Source of the DNA: the human T2T-CHM13v2.0 reference genome, Homo sapiens
Length of the DNA: 64,000 nucleotides
NCBI RefSeq assembly: GCF_009914755.1
Contig: NC_060929.1
Strand: one strand, 5' to 3'
The notes under the pieces are model-generated. The model was not told where the DNA came from. It saw nothing but the letters and a program-made list of their open reading frames with translations, and did no database searches. The translations under genes were made by a program, and so were the position numbers. Below, one piece after another: positions 1 to 31,019 of the stretch. Position 1 is the first letter of the stretch; each line of letters opens with the position of its first letter.

Positions 1-6908
<6,908 letters not shown>

Positions 6909-8954
6909 TTATTTCCTTTTCTTCCCACTCCAGCCACAAGGCGCACGAAATAAACGTGGAGTGACACCCGCCAGCGCTAGACTCCGGCCTTTGCGCTCCT
7001 GCAGGATTTAGTAAGGATGTAGAATACCGGCAGGGATGCCCTGGAACAGCCCCCTTATTACAGAAGCCCCTTCCCTCAAACCTGAACCTTATCCTGGGTC
7101 CTGACTTATGGATTTCCACGTGGTCTCTTTTGGCCTGACGCCAAGAGCCCGCCCCGCTCCCCAAGCCCCGCACTCTTCTCGGCAGTGGCGCGTGAGCACA
7201 GCCTTTAAAAGACCGTCCGTTAAGAAAAAGTGACACTACGAACCCTCCTCCACTTTCTGAAAACGCCACAGTGGAAAGTACCGAATCCCCGAAAACCCTG
7301 TTCCTGTCTTTCCTAGTGGCCTCAGCGGCCCATCGCCACGTTTGGCTGGTCTCTTCGCAGTCGTAGTTGCCATTCCCAAGCCAACACCTCTCCAAGGAAT
7401 GGGCATTTTCCTGAGTCCGAGGCATCTCCTAGGGAGGGGCATCCTTAGGCGAGGGACCTTTCTCAGTACCACTCATATTCATCCAATTTGAACAGTCGTC
7501 TGAAATTGGAATCTTTGTGTACCCACCCCCCTATGTTGGGCACCTTGTTTTCCCCTTATACCTAGTAGTCGTAGTGAAAGAGCCTCTAGTAAGAAACAAG
7601 ATACCCTAACAGCGGTGGAAGGTAATCCAATGGTAGAGCTGGAATAGAGTGAGAGACTCTCTGACCCAGGAGTAGATGCAGAAACTGAATTGATGTGAGG
7701 TCAGCCAGCTAGAGTTGGTGTGGTATGGCTCATGGTGAGGAGCTCTGGCTTTAGGGTCAGAGTGCCTGAGGACCAGGTCCATGAGCCCTAGGTCTTTAGG
7801 AAAAAAAGTTACACTGGCCTCAATAGAGTTGCTGTGAAGATGAGTGAGATTATTTATGTAAAGTGACTGGTGCTTAGTATGGGTAAATTAGTGATTTTTT
7901 AAAAGCCTTTTCAGCTGTATTTCCAGCTTCCCACAACTTGTTCCTAGCCCTGTCTCCTGTTTCCTCTGGTTTCTGAGTAGCACGACCACTAGCCAGTCCA
8001 TCTCCATCTCCATCCCCATCCTCACCCACTTTCCAGCCTTTAAAATGAGTAGGGAAGCTCTTAGCTGAGTTTTGGGGCGATCTCCACACATGCAGATCGT
8101 CACAAAATTTCCAGGATAGGCCCATTTTCCAAATATTCGTCAATGAGTTCTAAGTTGGAGTAGACAAAAATATGGGCATTGCACATTATCTGTTGTAACA
8201 GGAACTGGAATAGCATGATTATATGACTCCTAGTGTGGATGATTCTGGAACCAGTAACTCATAGCAGTCTTGGCTGATTAATGGAGCAGATATTGGTGAA
8301 GACAACTCCGCGCAAAGTCACTCTTTTGCCTGGGGACCAGACCCCAACCCCTTACAACCAAGCAGAGGGCCCTAATAATTTGTTATTTGAAACAGGTGAT
8401 ATGATCTTCCTCCTCCCTTTTCACCATCACAGAGCAGCTTTTACACAAATAGCTTGGGGATCACCACGTCCTTCTTCCACAGCCAAGGAGGAGAAAGTTC
8501 CTAGAAAGTTTAGCATAGCAATATGTCAGAAGAGGCATTCAAGGGGCCCAGAGTAAGGCACTCCTGGCTCCGAGAACACCTGGAAGACACACTTTGAGAG
8601 AAGTGCAAAGAAGTTTCTCTAAATTTGAGTTTGCTTTTTATTTGTATTTGTCATACATTTTGATATACCCTAGGTGCAGGGGAACATGACAGATTTTCCC
8701 CCAAAAAATTATCACTTTTTTCAACCATACAGAAAATTTGAAAAAACAGTACGATGAACAACCATATGTTCAACCCCACACAAATTGTTATTTTCCCATA
8801 TTTGCTCTCGTTTCTTTGCTCCAAGTTTTTCTGCATAGCCCCTGTCCTCCCATCACTGTGCAGGTTACCACTAGCCTTTATTTCTTGAGGGCTTCCTATG
8901 TGCTGGGGGACCAGTATGGACCATCTCATTAGAGCTATACTTCCACCCTACTAA

Positions 8955-9274
<320 letters not shown>

Positions 9275-10460
9275 GATATTCCCATTTTATAGATGAAACG
9301 TAGGCATAGATATGTGACTTGCTTAAGGTCACCTGGCAAATTGGATACAGAACCCACTTACTGAATCACTATACTACCTTATAACACGTAAACTTAATCT
9401 CATTTAAGCTTTTCAATCTCATTTAGACTGACAACAACCTTGATATCAATTGTAGAGCTCAGAGAGGATATGAAATTTGCTAGAGGTGACAGAGCTGAGA
9501 GATTCAGTGCCTGCATCAGATTCGTAACAGTGAGACTGAAGACAATATGACAGGCGGAGTCAAAACTCCGGCAAGCCTCTGTCTCATTTCTCAATTTGGT
9601 TTTCTCATCTGTAAAACGATTCCTGTAACGTGACTGAGGTACAGACTGCGCTGGCTCTCCAGATGTGTTCTCTATAGTCCCTACTGAATGGGGAGCACTG
9701 AGTAAATAACTGCCACCTATCTCAGGAAGAGGGTGTTTTGAGAATTACCAGAAACCTGTAAGTGGGGGACATTTAGCAGTGTGGCTAAGAGTGGGACTCT
9801 AGACTCAGATCCCGGCTACTCCACTGTTGTTTAATGGTTCTGTGCTCCAGCATCCTCCTCTGAAAAATGGGATAATAGACTCTGCTCCATAGAGTTGCTG
9901 GAAGAATGAAATAAATGCTGAACACAGTACTTAGGACATACTTAATGCTCAATATAGCCATTATGACTATTATGCCAGTTACTTTGGGCTCACATGTCGT
10001 AGCATGAACAGTTGGACCACGTGATTGCAGGGTAAATGGGCTCAACCTGCAATGGCTGTGACCACAGTCAAATCCTTGGTTTCCAACATGCTCCATTTGA
10101 ACACGGGATTTCTCATGCCTGGATATGGCTTTCCCCCACTTCTGCTTGTGTGCCTGTGTGGTCCCCAAAGCTTCCCAGCCCCACATCTGCCTCACCAGCA
10201 AGTGCAACCCTCTGGACAGCATAGAGGTTCTATTCGAGGGTCACAGGACCCAAGCCATCAGGTAAGCCTGACTCCACTAATCTCTGGAATTCAGTATCCA
10301 GGACCTCACCTGACCTGGTGTTTCCACAGAGATCCCAATTACAGAGTGGACCCAGAGGGAAGGGAAAATCCCGCAAACGTTGCCAACCACCATTCCTGAG
10401 CTGAATTCACCTTCCCTCCCCGCAGACAGACACTTGCAGGATTTAGACAAACCACAACTG

Positions 10461-10466
10461 TTTATT
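10461..10466 (-). terminator. CCNO: CCNO polyadenylation signal AATAAA
   Basis: TTTATT on + strand about 200 nt past the stop codon. Confidence 0.8.
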
Positions 10467-10664
10467 GGTGAAAGACTCAGCTTCCTCATGTGCTCGCTGC
10501 AAAATAAATAAAATACCAGATGCTAGTATCGTACACTATTTACAACCTGCAGCTGACCAAGCAGGTCCTGAAGCCTTCTCTGTGGACCAGTACTGCACTC
10601 TTCTGAGGCTACGGGAGAGGTCCAGCAGCCGGGCCAGGGACTAAAAGGAAACGAAGGATCTGTT

Positions 10665-13026
<2,362 letters not shown>

Positions 13027-13102
13027 TCAGGGCGCAGGCAGCGCGTCGCCTCCGCGGCCCGCCGGAGGGAGGGGGAGCTGCAGCGCGCGCCCGGCACCCG
13101 CC

Positions 13103-13135
13103 TTTCGCGCCTGCGTCCTGCGTTACCTGGGCAAC
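13103..13135. promoter_or_regulatory. Adjacent E2F site (TTTCGCGC 13103-13110) and RFX X-box (GTTACCTGGGCAAC 13122-13135) upstream of CCNO
   Basis: Matches to the E2F TTTSSCGC and X-box GTNRCCNNRGYAAC consensus sequences. Confidence 0.75.
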
Positions 13136-14339
13136 CGGAGCCCGGGTCGCTGCGGGAGCCCGGGTCACTGCGGAGCCCGGTGCACGGAGTGGGAGTAGGG
13201 CTGCGGCGGGCGCAGCCAAGCGGCTCCGCTGCGCCGGTTAAAACATTCTCCCAGGGGGCATCTCTCTGTCCTTGGCCAGATGGTCTCGACACGTGCGGGC
13301 ACCTCTAACCCAGGTCGGTAATTTTGTAAAGGTCTGATCCTGAGTTCCAAACGAAAGTCGGGCTAGAATTCTGTCGACACGGGAAAAGTTTTCTTCAGTG
13401 ACCCAAACAAGCAATAGTGTTAATTCGGTTGCGTTTGTCGGTTTTGTTTCGGTGGGTACCGGAGTAGCCAGTGCCCTTCCTTCCGCCAGCCTCGGGGAGC
13501 AGAGCCTCAGAAGGGCCGTTTGTGCTGCGGAATAGATTGGAGCTCCACCAGCCAGCCACGCTTTCGCGCTCAAAACAAAACGGAAAACTGCCGGATCAAC
13601 CTCAGTCGGCAAGCAAGTCTGCAGGCCGTGAAGACTTTCTCCCACACTTTTCACCCCAAGCCAAGCAAGCTGGGGCTACAGCGGTTTAAGAACATTGTTG
13701 GAAAGTTGCATTTCGAGTTTGATCGAATTGCTCACAGCCTGTTCCGTTTTAGGTCATTAGCTTCTGGCCTTCTGCCCCGCCGGCAGCCCAGTCCTTGGTT
13801 TTTCCCTGCTTCCTGCGTCCGCTCCTTCAGGGTGATAAACTCAGGGAAATTAAAGCTGGAATGGGGACGCCCAGGCCGACTGGGCGTGGCAGTTTCCTCA
13901 AGGCGCCTCGGGTTTAGTCCACAGACTCCCGTCCTGGTAGAAGCTGGAGCCCTTCTGTGGCCTTAGTGAATCTTCCTGAGGGTCTCTGACCCTATAGGAG
14001 AAGGGGCTGCAGGAGCACAAGTAGCCCATAATCAACCTCACAGGCACTTAGCAACGGCAGAAAGCTCAGGTACCCTCAACCCTGGTGTTTTCCAGAGGCG
14101 AGGCTACTGGGTGCCAAACCAAGAGCAGGTTCAGCCACCTAACCTCATTCCAGAAGAAAGCTGATAAATGTGTCTGCTCAAAGTACAAGTTTCTGTCTAT
14201 GAAAATTTAGTAGATGGTGGGATGGTGTCTCCTAGAGATGCAGGTGAAAGAAAAGGAATGGATTTTGGGTTCTGACCACTGTTCCTCCTATTTCCCCATA
14301 ACTCTGAGCAAGCTCTCTATTCTGCCCTAAATAATGTCA

Positions 14340-17089
<2,750 letters not shown>

Positions 17090-17969
17090 TTACTCTAGCT
17101 GATATGTGGAAAAGAGATTGGAGAAGCAAAGGTCGAAGCCCAGTTAGGTGCAGTAATTCAGGCAAGAGACAATTGTGGGTAATGAGGATGGAGATAGGAT
17201 ATTAGATTCTAAAGATTTAGGAAATAGATTACAAAGGGGGCTCCATGTTGAAGGTTAGGTGAATTCAAGGAGGTCTGTGAGTCTGGCTTATGTACTTAGG
17301 CAAGTGGGTTGGCAGTTAAAACAATGAAACCTGTCAGTCTGTTTAAGGTCAAAAAGAAAGTTCCATGTTTCCATTCAATTAAGTCTTCAATGTAAAGATG
17401 GAGCTTAATCAGGATGCAAGTACCAAAAGACATTATTTAAATAATGAATGAACATATGTAAATACCAGTGGTTACCTTTTGTTCTCAAATGTTGCTTAGT
17501 TAAAACAATATCCCCAAGATTTTGACTGATTAATGAAAATATTCAATATAAACTTGTATATGGCTCCACTGTGCATCATGGAATTTAGCAAAACAAACCT
17601 TGAAAGGAGCTTTTCTTAGTATAGCATCTCAGTTGTAGGCAGTCTTTTAATTCAGGGGATGGTTTTTACATTTTTTTCTAACTCTTAATATTGGATAAAA
17701 CCTATTTTAATTGATTTAACTTGGATATAAAAGCCTTCTTAAATTTACCTTCAAAGCTCAGGGCTAGGTTTTATATCTAGGACTCCTGTCCACTGCTTCC
17801 AAGAAAAGGCATAGTTTATTTCCCCTTGGTCGTTTCTCCTCTATAGATAGAGTAGGAAAGGAAGGAATCTCAGCCATGTCTTCATTAAATGGTCATCATG
17901 ACATCCTTACCTCTTTCCTCTGCCTTCTGATGTTATAGCTTGTGCTCATTGTTAAAAGCAGTGTTTACT

Positions 17970-20220
<2,251 letters not shown>

Positions 20221-21769
20221 GTAAATACCATAATTGACATTAAACAACGAATTTTATGTCTCCCTCCATCTCACCACAGTGTTTTTCTCATGTTCCACTG
20301 CCTCTTTGTAGAATGCACTGTTGAAACCCAATTCAATGTAGTTTTAGACAGGACATATAATGAAGTGATATTCCTGCACATCTCTTGGTCCTGTGCTCCA
20401 CCTTCTAGAGATTTTAAAGCAAGACTGTCAGAGATATCAGTGCCACGTTTTCCTCTCCTCAGTATTTGTAGTTGGTATGAACAATATGGTCCAAGTTAAA
20501 AGCATTTTATTTTCCCCATGAAAAGTCTTTAAAATTAATTTCTGTTTACTAATCTCTCTGGGACCTGGGCCCAGTGCTCCTTAAATGCACTAGGTAAACC
20601 TAAAATACTTTAAAAATGTAAAACCAAATTAAACTCAGGCTTCTACATCAAAAGCTGCTTAACCACGATTTGACCTGTTTGTTTTCAGGTATGGTTTATG
20701 AAATCTGCAAGGCAGTATTAACATGATGGAACCAGAGGGTTTTTTTTAATTCCAGTTTGGCACTTCAGTTTGAGACAAAAGCCCCCACTCTCACCGTGTT
20801 CCAGCTCTATGATGGGGGCTGAAGTAGGAACAATGCATTTACTGACAGTGCCTTGTTTTAGCAAACAAAGTAGGTTGCCATCTAAATGTGAACGTTTGCT
20901 AGCACCTTAAAATAATGTTTAAACTCAGTTTTGATGTCACTAAAAATTCTAATATTTACTTAAGACTCTATTTTCTATTAATGTATTTAAGCATCAAAAT
21001 TGAGACATATAACTTGAAGTCAGACAAGTTTTGCTGGTATTTAGTACACAAAGGGCAGGCATTTTTAGCACATTTTAAAAACCCGGACGTTTGACTTACA
21101 TGTCTAAATGTCCACCTGGGAAAAAGGCTATCTCTTTGTTACCTGCCTTCCTGGAGTTTTGCCAATCCCCAGTTCACTAAAAGTTCAGCACACATGCTCA
21201 AGTGCACTGCTTCTCTCCTCATGCATAGATGTGCTTTTTCTCCCAACTCTCCTCAGATTCCCTCCTATCTGTGGCAATCTGCCCGGCACAGGCAGTACTG
21301 TGCAGTGGTTAAGAGCTTTGGCTCTGGAGTTTGACTTCTGGAGTTCAATCCTGTCTGCAGTATACTAGCTCTGTGAACGTGGGCAAGTTATTCAACCTTT
21401 TTATTTCTGTTGCTCTAGTGTTTAAAAAATTGGGATAGTAAGGGTATCCTATAAGATTGTTATAAGGATTAATGAAGACATATAATACGTTCATGTAGTT
21501 TTCAATATCAGTTGCTGCTATAATTATGGTTTTTTTTCTAGCTAAGGTATAAGGTATATGTGTCTTTGTCATCCAGGGTGGTTGGAAAACTAATACCTGT
21601 TTTTTGGTTTCTTGTAGGGAGTATGTGTATTTATTATAGTTGCAAAGAGGCTACTATTCATATTATAGTTCCACTGGACTTTGAGATCTGAAGCTGGTCT
21701 TTGAGTACTGAACTAAAGGTCTAGCTCTCCAAATAAACATCACCTGGTGTAACATTTAAGTTTTACTTC

Positions 21770-24340
<2,571 letters not shown>

Positions 24341-24510
24341 AAATGACACTGTTCATATGCACCTGGCTGAAAGTTAGAGAGCAGGGACCCTAGGTGAGGC
24401 CTTTAAGGTGGTAATACCTATTATATATGGATATCAGAAAATAGTGGATGGAATAAAACAGCACCTGGGCACCCCAGGAGCAAAACTGTGTAACTTTGTA
24501 TGCGAGACTG

Positions 24511-24944
24511 TGCTATAGTGTGGATATTTGTCCCTGCCCAAATATCATGTTGAATTGTAATCCCCAGTAATAGAGTTGGGGCCTGGTAGGAGGTGTTTGG
24601 ATCATGGGGGGAAGATCTTTCATGGCTTGGGGTGCTGTCTTTGTGATAGTGAGTTCTCATGAGATCTGGTCTTTTAAAAGTGTGCAGCACCTCCCCCACT
24701 CCCACTCTGTCACCTCTCTCTCGCTCGCTCGCTCGCTCCTGCTTTCACCATGTGATGTGCCTGCTCCCCTTTGCCTTCTGCCATGATTGTAAGCTTCCTG
24801 AGGCCTCTCTAGAAGATAAGCAGATGCCAGCACCATGCTTCCTGTACAGCCTGCACAACTGTGAGCCGATTAAACCTCATTTCTTTATAAATTATTCTGT
24901 CTCCGGTATTTTTTGAAATAGCAATGCAAGAATAGCTTAATATA
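24511..24944 (+). mobile_element. MaLR solo LTR (MST family)
   Basis: Start TGCTATAGTGTGGATATTTGTCCC...TTGAATTGTAATCCCC; contains CCATGATTGTAAGCTTCCTGAGGCCTC and ATTAAACCTC. Confidence 0.82.
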
Positions 24945-27489
24945 AGCTGGTTTTCCTTTTTGTTTTGGAACTTGGATTATATCAATGAATAGAACAGACA
25001 AACATCTCTGCCTTTGTGGAGCTTATATGGGGTGACGATGCAGGGAAAGATAACCAGTACAGGCTCCGGGGCATTGGGAATGCCAGTGGGCAGGTTGTGG
25101 CATTAAATAGGCTAGTCATTGGAAAGGTAACACTTGAGCAGAGACCCCTAAGAAGTGGAGGAGTTGGCCATGTGGACATCTGTGGGTATACTAGCCAGCG
25201 AAACTAGCCAGTGCAAAAGCTCTGAGGCATGGGCAGCCCAGGGTGTGGAAGACCAGCAAGGCGGCCAGTGTGGCTGGAGTAGAAGTGAAAAGAGTAGCAG
25301 ATGAAGTCAGAGAGGCAATAGGGCAGATCCTGTAGATGCTGTTATCATTAACATTTGCTGGGTTCTTTAGCTTATAAAGTTGTACATGATATTTTATTGT
25401 AGCTTTGCAGCATTATCTCAACCATATGAGATAGGTATGACTATTGTCCTCATTTACAGGTGAGAGAACAAGTTCAGATTAAGGAGCTTGCTTGAAGGTG
25501 CAGCTAGTAAGTGGAATATTCGGTATTTAAATTCAAGTGTATGATTCCAGTTTGGACATTCACCCCTGTGCTGTTCTGTATTTATTAAATGTGAAGGGAG
25601 AACTAAGGAAAGGCTTTGAGTCCGTCCTCAGGCCACTGCTTTGAAAGGAGAGCTTTGCCAAGGGACAGAGCCCCCAGAGGAAGGAGAAGCCAACAGGGTC
25701 AGAGCTGGTTGCACTTTCTTGTGACAAATCTGGGAGGCTCTGAGATATGTTATAGCAAGACAGGCAGAATCCCCTTACCCAAGTATGTGCCAGCAGGTAA
25801 AAATTGAGCTAGACTTGGGCATAGAGTAAAGGAAGCAAGGCTTTAAGGCCAAAGAAAGCATAAAGCTATCTGGAGTGAGACGACCACAGAGTGCCATCTA
25901 ATTTCCATGAACCAGCCACCTTTTAGGTGATGATCACATAAGGAAGTGACAGTTTACTTCACTTTTCAGAGAGAGCTCTGGTGCTGAATAGATGAGTTTA
26001 AATTGGCCAAAGAGTGCAAATTCTTATATCTGGCAGTCTTGCTGGGAGTGAAGAGAAGATCTCTGAAACCAGGCTGGCCTCAGGAGTGAGAGAAGTTTGT
26101 GCCGTTGTTCTTGAACCATGGCTATTAGCCTGTTGAAAAATACAGCTTATCTTTCCACCTTCCATTTCTGGTACAAATATATATTTTACATGAAGTAGAA
26201 GATCTAAGATATAACATGAAAGGAAGCTCTTAAAAATTTCTCTGGTTACTAGAATGTAACTGTACTTGGACACTATAGTTGTCTATCTCTGTTCCTCCAC
26301 AACCAATATTTAATGAGTACCTGCTAAGTACCAGTCATCGCTCTAGGTTTGCAGCAGTGGATAAGACACACAAGGCCCCTGCTTGCATAGAGCTGGGAGT
26401 GGATAGGCTGAAAATAAAAAAGTGAGCCATATCAGACAGGAATACATTCTTAAAATAGATTTAAAAGTGTGGTGGCCTAGAGTGTGAATGGGTATCTACT
26501 TTAAATTGCATAGCCAGGGATGCCTCTTTGAAGAAGTTCTTGTGTGTTGCTAGTGTTTGCAAGTCCACATGTCAGTTTTTTTCTTTTAATGTTGTGCAAA
26601 TCTATTCCCTAAGTGAGATTTCTCATAATGTTGAGAATATGTTTTTGTTTGGGGAGCAACATTTTCTGGTGGGCAGGAATCCTACAAATATTTAGATACT
26701 GATAGTTAAATCCTCTAAAAATAATTACTTCAAGGTAACCTGCAAAGGAGTAGTAGTGGGAAGTGGGCTTACTGTATACAATGAATATCCCAACTAAATG
26801 CAAGCTAAAGCTAATGCATCTCTGTGTTGTTGTTATTGATAATATTTATGATGATTTTAAATAATGAGCATCCAGAGATGTTCAAGGAGAAAGAACTCCT
26901 TATACCCAGGGGGGCATCATATATTAACATAACCTCAGCAGATCTATCCTGTCTTTTATTTCTCTACCACACAGAAAACAAAGAGGGCAGCAATTAGTAT
27001 CTTCAGACTATGGTAAGATAAACCCCTGTTCCAAATGTAAAGCAAAGCCGTCCTATTGAAAAGCAACAAAAAGGAAGGCTGAAGGGCAGCACACAATGTG
27101 TAATGTGCCTACTTGGATGTCAAATCATAGGGTACAGATCAAAACAGAGCAGCTGTTGAGGGCTGCCTCGTCATATGCTGCTTAGAGTTTATGAGAAAAG
27201 GCATCAAGGGTCTGCAGTTAACAAAAGCACTCAGCGTGTGGCAGATTGGGCCGCTCTGTTGAGAGGTAGGATTTGGTCTATAGCTTGTTCAACTATACAG
27301 ATTTGAAATAAATGGATGGATGGAGTGGCTAGGCTTTCTTTTCCTGTGGAAGATCTGGATGTTAAAGGTATATCATTCAGGAAAAATATTTCCCAGTACC
27401 TTCAGAGTGACTGAAAAATTCCTAACCTGCATTTCCATATTATTATCATATCTGCTGTTTCTGTATCAGCTTGCTGGAATACACATATG

Positions 27490-30470
27490 AACCATTTAGG
27501 GAACTCTATTCTGTCCTGTTGGTCTATATGTCTGTCTTTATGCCATACCATACTGTTTTGATTAATGTAGCTTTGTAATATGTATGAAATCAGGAAGTGT
27601 GAAGTCACTAGCTTTATTGTTGTTTCTCAAGATTATTTTGGCAATCAGTCTTTTGTGGTTCCATTTACATTTTAGAATTGTTTTTTTCTATTTCTGTAAA
27701 AAATGCCATTTGGATTTTGATAGGGATTGCATAGAGTCTATAGACTGCTTTGGGTCATATGGACAATATTCAGTCTTCTAATCTGTGAACATTTCTGTTT
27801 ATTTGTGTCTTTAATTTCTTTCAGCAATATTTTGCAGTTTTCAATGATAACTCTTTCTCCTCCCTTGTTTAAGTTTATTCTTAAGTATTTTACTCTTTTT
27901 GATGCTATTATAAATGAGATTGCTTTCTTAATTTCCTTTGTGGATTGTTAGTGTGTACAAACAACTAATTTTTGTATGTTGGTTTCATATGCTGGAACTT
28001 TGTTGAATGTATTATTTCTAACAGTTTTTGTGGAATCATTAAAGTTTTCTACATATAAGATCGTGTCATCTGTCATCTGTGAACAGAGTTTTACTTCTTC
28101 CTTTTAAATTTAGATGCCTTTTTTCTTTTTCTTGCCTAATTGCTTTAGCTAGTACTCCAGTACTATGTTGAATAGCATGACAAGAGTGGGTATCCTTGTC
28201 TTGGTCCTATTTTTACAAAAAAAGTTTTTAGTTTTTCATCAATGAGTGTGATGTTACCTGTGGGATTTTCATATATTATTTTCATTATATTGATGTAATT
28301 TCCTTCTATTCCTAGTTTGCCATTTTTAAATAGGATTGTCTTTTTATTATTGAGTTGTAAGAATTCTTTATATCTTCTGTATACAAGTCCTATATCAGGC
28401 ATATGATTTGCAAGTATTTTCTCCTGTTTTATGGGGTTGTCCTTTCACTTTCTTTCTTTCTTTCTTTTTTTTTTTTTTTTTTTTTTGAGACAGAGTCTTG
28501 CTCTGTTGCCCAGGCTGGAGTGAACAGTGGTGCAATCGTGGCTCACTGCAACCTCTGCCTCCTGGGTTCAGACAATTCCCATGCCTCAGCCTCCCAAGTA
28601 GCTGGGACTACAGGTGCATACCACTATGACTGGCTAATTTTTGTATTTTTAGTAGAGATGGGGTTTCAGCATGTTGCCCAGGCTAGTCTCGAACTCCTGA
28701 CCTCAAGTGATCCACCTGCCTCAGCCTCCCAAAGTGCTGGAATTGTCAGAGGCATGTGAACCACAGCAACTCCATAATGAATGGGTAAAATGAGGCTGAA
28801 ACCTACTGGGCTGCATTCCCAGATTGTTAAGGCATTCTAAGTCACAGACTGAAATAGGAGGTTGGCATAAGATACAGGTCATAAAGACCTTGTTGATAAA
28901 ACAGGTTGCAGTAAAGAAGCCGGTTAAAACCCACCAAAACAAAGATGGCAATGAGAGTGACCTCTGGTCATCCTCACTGCTACACTCCCACCAGCGCCAT
29001 GACAGTTTACAAATGCCATGGCAACATCAGGAAGTTACCCTATATGGTCTAAAAAGGGGAGGCATGAATAATCCACCCCTTGTTTAGCATATCATCAAGA
29101 AATAACCATAAAAATGGGCAACCAGCAGCCCTCGGGGCTCCTCTGTCTATGGAGTAGCCATTCTTTTATTCCTTTACTTTCCTAATAAACTGGCTTTCAC
29201 TTTACGCTATGGACCTGCCCTAAATTGTTTTTTGTGTGAGATCCAAGAACCCTCTCTTGGGGGTCTGGATCAGGACCCCTTTCCTGTAATAGAATTACGG
29301 GTGTGAGCCACCGTGCCCGGCCCCTTTTCACTTTCTTGATGGTGTCCTTTGAAGAACAAGTATTTTTATTATATTAATAATTAAATTATCTCCAGCTTTA
29401 TTGAGGTATAACTGACAAATAAAAATTATATTTATTCAAGGTGTACAAAGTGATATGATCTATGTTTACACTATATAATGATTACCACAATCAGAGTAAT
29501 TCATCGTTTGCCACACAGTCTTTCATGTATGTGAGATGAGGATACTTAAGATTGCTCTCTCAGCAAATTTCAGGTAAACAATATATTGTTATTAACTATA
29601 GTCACCATGCTGTATACTAAATCCCCAGAACTTATTCATTTTATAACTAGAAGTTTGTACCTTTTGATCAATATTTCCCTATTTCCTCTACCTCCTGGAA
29701 ACTGTTCAACTCTGCCTATGTGAGTTTGACTTTCTTAGATTCCACATATAAATGGGATCCTTCAGCATTGGACAATTATTTTTAATTTTGATGAAGTACC
29801 ATTTTTTTTCTTTTGTTTCTGGTGCTTTTGGTGTCACATCTAAGAAATCACTACTTAATCCAAGGTCCTAAAGATTTACTCCTATATTTTCTTCTAAGAG
29901 TATTGTAGTTTTAGTTTTTACACTTAGCTCTTTTTTGTTTGTTTTCGATGTAGTTGTTGTTTGTTTGTTTTTTTGAGACAAGGTCTCACTTTGTCACCCA
30001 GGCTGGAGTGCAGTGGCGTGATCTCTGCTCATTGCAACTTCAACTTCCCAGGGTCAAGTGATCCTCCCACCTCAGCCCCCCAAGTGGCTGGGACAACAGG
30101 TGTGCAGCAACACACCCTGCTAATTTTTGCACTTTTTTGTAGAGATGGGATTTCATCCTGTTGCCCAGGCTGGTCTCAAACTTATGGGCTGAAGCAATCC
30201 ACCTGCCTTGGCTTCCCAAAGTGCTGGGATTACAGGCATGAGCCACCACGTTCAGCCTACACTTGGCTCTATAGTCCACTTTAATTTCTGTACATGGCAT
30301 GAGGTAAGGGCCCAAATTCATTCTTTTGCATGTAGCTATCCAGTGGTTATCCATAGCTATCCATGGTATCCACCATTTGTTGAAAAGATTATTGCACCAT
30401 TGACACCCTTGTTGAAAATTAGCAAACCATAGACACATGGGTTTGTGTCTGAACTTTTAATTCTATCTAC
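27490..30470 (-). mobile_element. Fragmented old L1 (ORF2/3' end, antisense) interrupted by Alus, MER41A and a second L1 3' end
   Basis: T-rich + strand; decayed ORF2-like peptides (WHKDRHIDQ; IYENPTGNITLIDEKLKTF...GPRQGYPL). Confidence 0.8.
28744..29291 (+). mobile_element. Solo ERV1 LTR, MER41A-like, inserted into an Alu
   Basis: Starts TGTCAGAGGC...GCAACTCCAT, ends GGACCCCTTTCCTGTAATA; 4-bp TSD GAAT; AATAAA in R region; lacks the MER41B tandem GAS block. Confidence 0.88.
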
Positions 30471-30669
30471 CAGTGCTCCTCAATTTACAATGGGGTTATG
30501 TCCTGATAAAGGTATCATCAATTGAAAATACTGTAATCATACTGCATATCACTAGCCTGGGAAAATATGAAAACAAAATTTGAAGTACAGTTTTTACTGA
30601 ATGCATTTCACTTTCACATCATTGTGAAGTCAAAAAATTTCAAGTCAAACCATCTTAAGTCAGAGACTG
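30471..30669. mobile_element. Tigger/MER46-like (TcMar) non-autonomous DNA transposon
   Basis: CAG...CTG ends; CAATTTACAATGGGGTTATGTCCTGATAAA and AAGTCAAACCATCTTAAGTC. Confidence 0.65.
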
Positions 30670-31019
30670 TATATGTCTATCCTTATGCCAATTAATATTT
30701 TACACCCCCCAAATACTTTTTTTTTTTTGAGACGGTGTCTCAATGTCATCCATACTGGAGTGCAGAGCAGCATGATCTCAGCTTCTTGCAATCTCTGCCA
30801 CCCTGGCTCAAGTGGTCCTCCCACCTCAGCCTCCTGAATAGATGGGACCACAGGTGTGTACCACCACACCCAGCTACTTTTTTCTATTTTTGGTGGAGAC
30901 AGGGTTTTGCCATGTTGCTCAAGCTGGTCTTGAACTCCTGAGTTCAAGTGATCCTCCCACTTCAGCCTCTCAAAGTATTAGGATTATAGCCACGAGCCAC
31001 CACACTGGCTCCCAAATAC

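Noticed and set aside
10503-10512. Plus-strand AATAAA pair in the CCNO 3' UTR region
   Set aside because: More simply a U-rich tract of the CCNO 3' UTR; no evidence of a convergent transcript.
26800-27400. Non-repetitive-looking intergenic block
   Set aside because: No ORF, structure or motif I can support; it would need a conservation track.
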